Positions 36,951-39,516 of a DNA stretch of 39,516 nucleotides are shown here, in pieces; position 1 is the first letter of the stretch, and each line of letters starts with the position of its first letter. The position numbers and the translations under genes were made by a program. The notes under the pieces are model-generated. The model was given only the letters and a program-made list of their open reading frames with translations, was not told the origin of the DNA and searched no databases. Where the stretch lies: positions 1-39,516 of the IMG/VR virus record IMGVR_UViG_3300022178_004106; one strand, given 5' to 3'. This DNA comes from a virus. Its lineage: Duplodnaviria; Caudoviricetes.

Positions 36951-39164
36951 TTATCTTTTTATTATTTTTGATGCGTTACCTTCGTGGGTATATTTCGCAA
37001 ATCTTAAATTAACAACTTGCTTCTGCCTAACATTACTAGGCCTATATAGATCTTTATTACAAGCCATTATGGCAAGCCCAGAGCTAATAGCTGCATCAAA
37101 CTTCGTCCTATTATTTATATCAAATTTAGACCAATCGTTTAACGTCTCATTAAAATACATTGTCCCGTACTCTCCTTCGTCATTAAGCCCTACGTGTCTG
37201 TCTATATACATTTCAATAGCAGCAGCGTGTGCTTGTTTTATATCCTCACTTGAATTTGGTATTCCACCTATTTCTTTCTCAGTCACAGATAACTTGTTCC
37301 ATAACTTATCTGGTCTATTCATAGAGTAACCTCTATAACCTCTTCTTTTAAAATAATACAAAAGCCTTGGCTTGTTATTTTCGCACAACAAGGGCATTCC
37401 ATAAAATACACAGGCCATAAGAACATCTTCAAAAAATATTTCAGCGGTTTGAGGCCTTGCCACATACTCTAAAAAGAAAGTACTTGGTGGAGCATCTTCC
37501 ATACTAAACTTGGTTAAACCGTGCAAAGCTCCCTTGGATCCTCTACCGTCGGTTGTACCTGATATATCGTAACTATCACAACCAAAAGCACCCATGTGTT
37601 CATTGCCAGGATGTTTAACGCCGTTCTTAATTACTTGTCTGTTTTGTATATTATATTCAGGTGTCCAAGAAATTAAAAATCTTCCTTGAGGGTTTGGTGT
37701 AAATATTACCTTGGTATCTTTAACACCGTTTTCCCAATGAAAACTACCTTTAGTTAATACATTACTGTTTCTTAGGTCTTCGTTGTAATCTATTTGTTCG
37801 TATATTTTTGCTAAATTAAATATACTGTTTTTTGTTTCATCTCTAAAAGCGTGTTCCTCTGTTCTAGGGAATTGTCGGTAAAACTCATTTAGAGCATCCT
37901 GGTCGCCTTTTAATCCTTCAACCTCATTATTCCAGTGCTCTATAACCCCGACGTCTATAACGTCTCCGTGCGGGTCCACAGTGCCTTCTGGTGGCGTATT
38001 AAATACAGCGTGCCCGTATTCATCTATAAAGCCTTCGTAATTCCATTCCATGGGAATAAACAAGGAATACAGTCCGGATCTAGTTTGACCGTTGGCATTT
38101 CTTTTAGTTACGTCTGAGCTATTATATAGCTTTTTAAAATTCTCTCCTCCTTTATCTAATGCGTTTGATGTTGATCCCATCATGCACTTGCCAATAATAC
38201 GACTACCTAATCTTAATGTTGTCTTCGTGACCCTCCAGTTGTTGAGGATGTTGTTCGGCCTTTCCCATTTACCGCTCTCATCGTGGACGAGGAGTTTAAG
38301 TTTCTCCCCATCGTACGCATTGTCCCCGGTGTTCTTCCAGTCAATGGTGGTATCGAGGCCCGTGAGTGATTCCGTCTTGTCATTCGAATCGAGTCTGCGT
38401 CGTGTGAATTTGGATGCTGGTACTCTGTATGCGAGTTCTGTCTTGGGACGGTCCATTCCGTCTTGTATTGGTTTGAAAAAAAATGGGTAGTTAACAGATA
38501 TGGGTACAACCTTATCGGTGAACATTTTCTTCGCATCGGCCCCAGATTTGGACAATATTCCAATCCGTGCATCGCTTGATATGGTTGCGAGGTTAACTGT
38601 CTCCCCTGACCCCATGAACGAAAAACCCGAACGTCTGTTCTTGAGATAACACATACCATAACATCTTCTGTCGGCTTTACAAGCTTCCCAGAATATAAAG
38701 AATAATCTGTTTGACTCTCTAAAGTCAGGTTGCCCAACGTCAATCTTGGTCCACTGCAAGTACATAAAGTGAGTACCAGTAAGGTAAGTATCCACGCCTT
38801 TATTATTGAACCAATGACCGTTTTCTCTTTTGTTGAAATTTTCATCTATATATTCCCCCCATTTTGTTTTGAATCCCTCAGGGTAATCCCTCCAATCAAA
38901 AATGCTTTTTATGCCTTTCAATTCTTTTGGGTATTCCTCTGGAGTCCATTTGTTAGTAGCTTTACTTAATTTGCCTGGAGATTTAGGCAGCGCTATCTTT
39001 AGATTTTGTATATTATAGATTTCGCCTATTTGTCCAGTCTTGCTTATAACAACAACATCATGTTCCTTGTTATAGCCATATTCCCATTTTTTACCTTTAT
39101 TAAGCCGCGTAATTGTGGTGCGTCTTATAGGTTCTATTATTTGGTATAGTTCTTGGGTATACAT
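36951..39164 (-). CDS. terL: Terminase large subunit
   Basis: Walker A-like LKNRRSGFS, Walker B LLVHDESGK, motif III GSTS, nuclease GCDSYD and FDAAISSG. Confidence 0.88.
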   Translation of the reverse strand: MYTQELYQIIEPIRRTTITRLNKGKKWEYGYNKEHDVVVISKTGQIGEIYNIQNLKIALPKSPGKLSKATNKWTPEEYPKELKGIKSIFDWRDYPEGFKTKWGEYIDENFNKRENGHWFNNKGVDTYLTGTHFMYLQWTKIDVGQPDFRESNRLFFIFWEACKADRRCYGMCYLKNRRSGFSFMGSGETVNLATISSDARIGILSKSGADAKKMFTDKVVPISVNYPFFFKPIQDGMDRPKTELAYRVPASKFTRRRLDSNDKTESLTGLDTTIDWKNTGDNAYDGEKLKLLVHDESGKWERPNNILNNWRVTKTTLRLGSRIIGKCMMGSTSNALDKGGENFKKLYNSSDVTKRNANGQTRSGLYSLFIPMEWNYEGFIDEYGHAVFNTPPEGTVDPHGDVIDVGVIEHWNNEVEGLKGDQDALNEFYRQFPRTEEHAFRDETKNSIFNLAKIYEQIDYNEDLRNSNVLTKGSFHWENGVKDTKVIFTPNPQGRFLISWTPEYNIQNRQVIKNGVKHPGNEHMGAFGCDSYDISGTTDGRGSKGALHGLTKFSMEDAPPSTFFLEYVARPQTAEIFFEDVLMACVFYGMPLLCENNKPRLLYYFKRRGYRGYSMNRPDKLWNKLSVTEKEIGGIPNSSEDIKQAHAAAIEMYIDRHVGLNDEGEYGTMYFNETLNDWSKFDINNRTKFDAAISSGLAIMACNKDLYRPSNVRQKQVVNLRFAKYTHEGNASKIIKR

Positions 39165-39439
39165 TATTTGGATCTATTTTCAGCAAATCCACCGAAGCTA
39201 GTAGTTTCAACTTCTTGCCTAGGTTTATTCTCGAGGATTCTTTCTTCCTCTTCAATACGGTTAAGTATTTCAAATGCGTCAAATATAGCTAGCTTTTTTG
39301 TAGCTGCTGCATTCTTAAGTCTGTCTGCTGAAATGTCATCGTCTGAATCCACGATGTCTTCTTTAGCTACTTTAATGAGTTCCTCTACTGCTCTGTGCCC
39401 AGCTCGGATTATATTCCTCTTCGTTTCCTTTATGTCCAT
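39164..39439 (-). CDS. Putative terminase small subunit
   Basis: 91-aa helical ORF, TAATG-coupled to TerL. Confidence 0.5.
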   Translation of the reverse strand: MDIKETKRNIIRAGHRAVEELIKVAKEDIVDSDDDISADRLKNAAATKKLAIFDAFEILNRIEEEERILENKPRQEVETTSFGGFAENRSK

Positions 39440-39515
39440 AATTGATTGTAATTGAATTGTTGGGTACTCGGTATAACCTCTGCCCGTCTATAATAAACTC
39501 GTATTCTGATGTAGG
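39372..39515 (-). CDS. 3' end of an upstream gene, possibly a GroES-like co-chaperonin (partial)
   Basis: Open from the window edge: PTSEYEFIIDGQRLYRVPNNSITINY...; EFIIDGQRLY resembles GroES EVKIDGEEYL; overlaps the next gene by 68 nt. Confidence 0.35.
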   Translation of the reverse strand, partial: PTSEYEFIIDGQRLYRVPNNSITINYGHKGNEEEYNPSWAQSSRGTH

Positions 39516-39516
39516 T

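Noticed and set aside
1-39516. CRISPR array, tRNA genes, integrase/transposase, reverse transcriptase/DGR, introns or inteins
   Set aside because: None recognisable by eye. Intergenic gaps are short, and TerL, NrdA and primase look uninterrupted. A tRNAscan/Rfam run would be needed to be certain.
1-39516. Stop-codon reassignment as in some crAss-like phages
   Set aside because: Genes are full length under the standard code, and TAG and TGA end real genes such as nrdA and the MCP gene (TAG) and the 133-aa gene (TGA).

Overview
About 39.5 kb of an AT-rich, podovirus-like dsDNA phage genome. The host is probably Bacteroidota/Flavobacteria, inferred from A-rich start contexts without Shine-Dalgarno sites and a crAss-like head/tail gene order. 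There are two convergent blocks. The + strand (1-10140) is a replication/nucleotide module: phage sigma factor (5'-truncated), ERF recombinase, RecE-like exonuclease, SSB, primase-helicase, thymidylate-synthase-like enzyme, two MazG-like NTP pyrophosphatases, endonuclease I-like resolvase and class I RNR. The - strand (39516-10196) is a morphogenesis/lysis module: terminase, portal, scaffold, major capsid, tail ring/nozzle proteins, three ejection-type proteins including a 2983-aa giant, small basic proteins, holin candidate and M15 endolysin. The blocks meet at a bidirectional terminator. Main leads: (1) the ThyA homologue has Asp at the Asn177 specificity position, the known dUMP-to-dCMP switch, and lies between two NTP pyrophosphatases, one fused to a GIY-YIG-like domain, suggesting a cytosine-modification/replacement cassette; (2) the giant protein carries zincin, sigma region 2-like, PD-(D/E)xK and HAD modules instead of a recognisable virion RNA polymerase; (3) small basic late proteins share PITTRV and SPAK motifs. 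All family assignments come from motif recognition by eye; no database searches were run.
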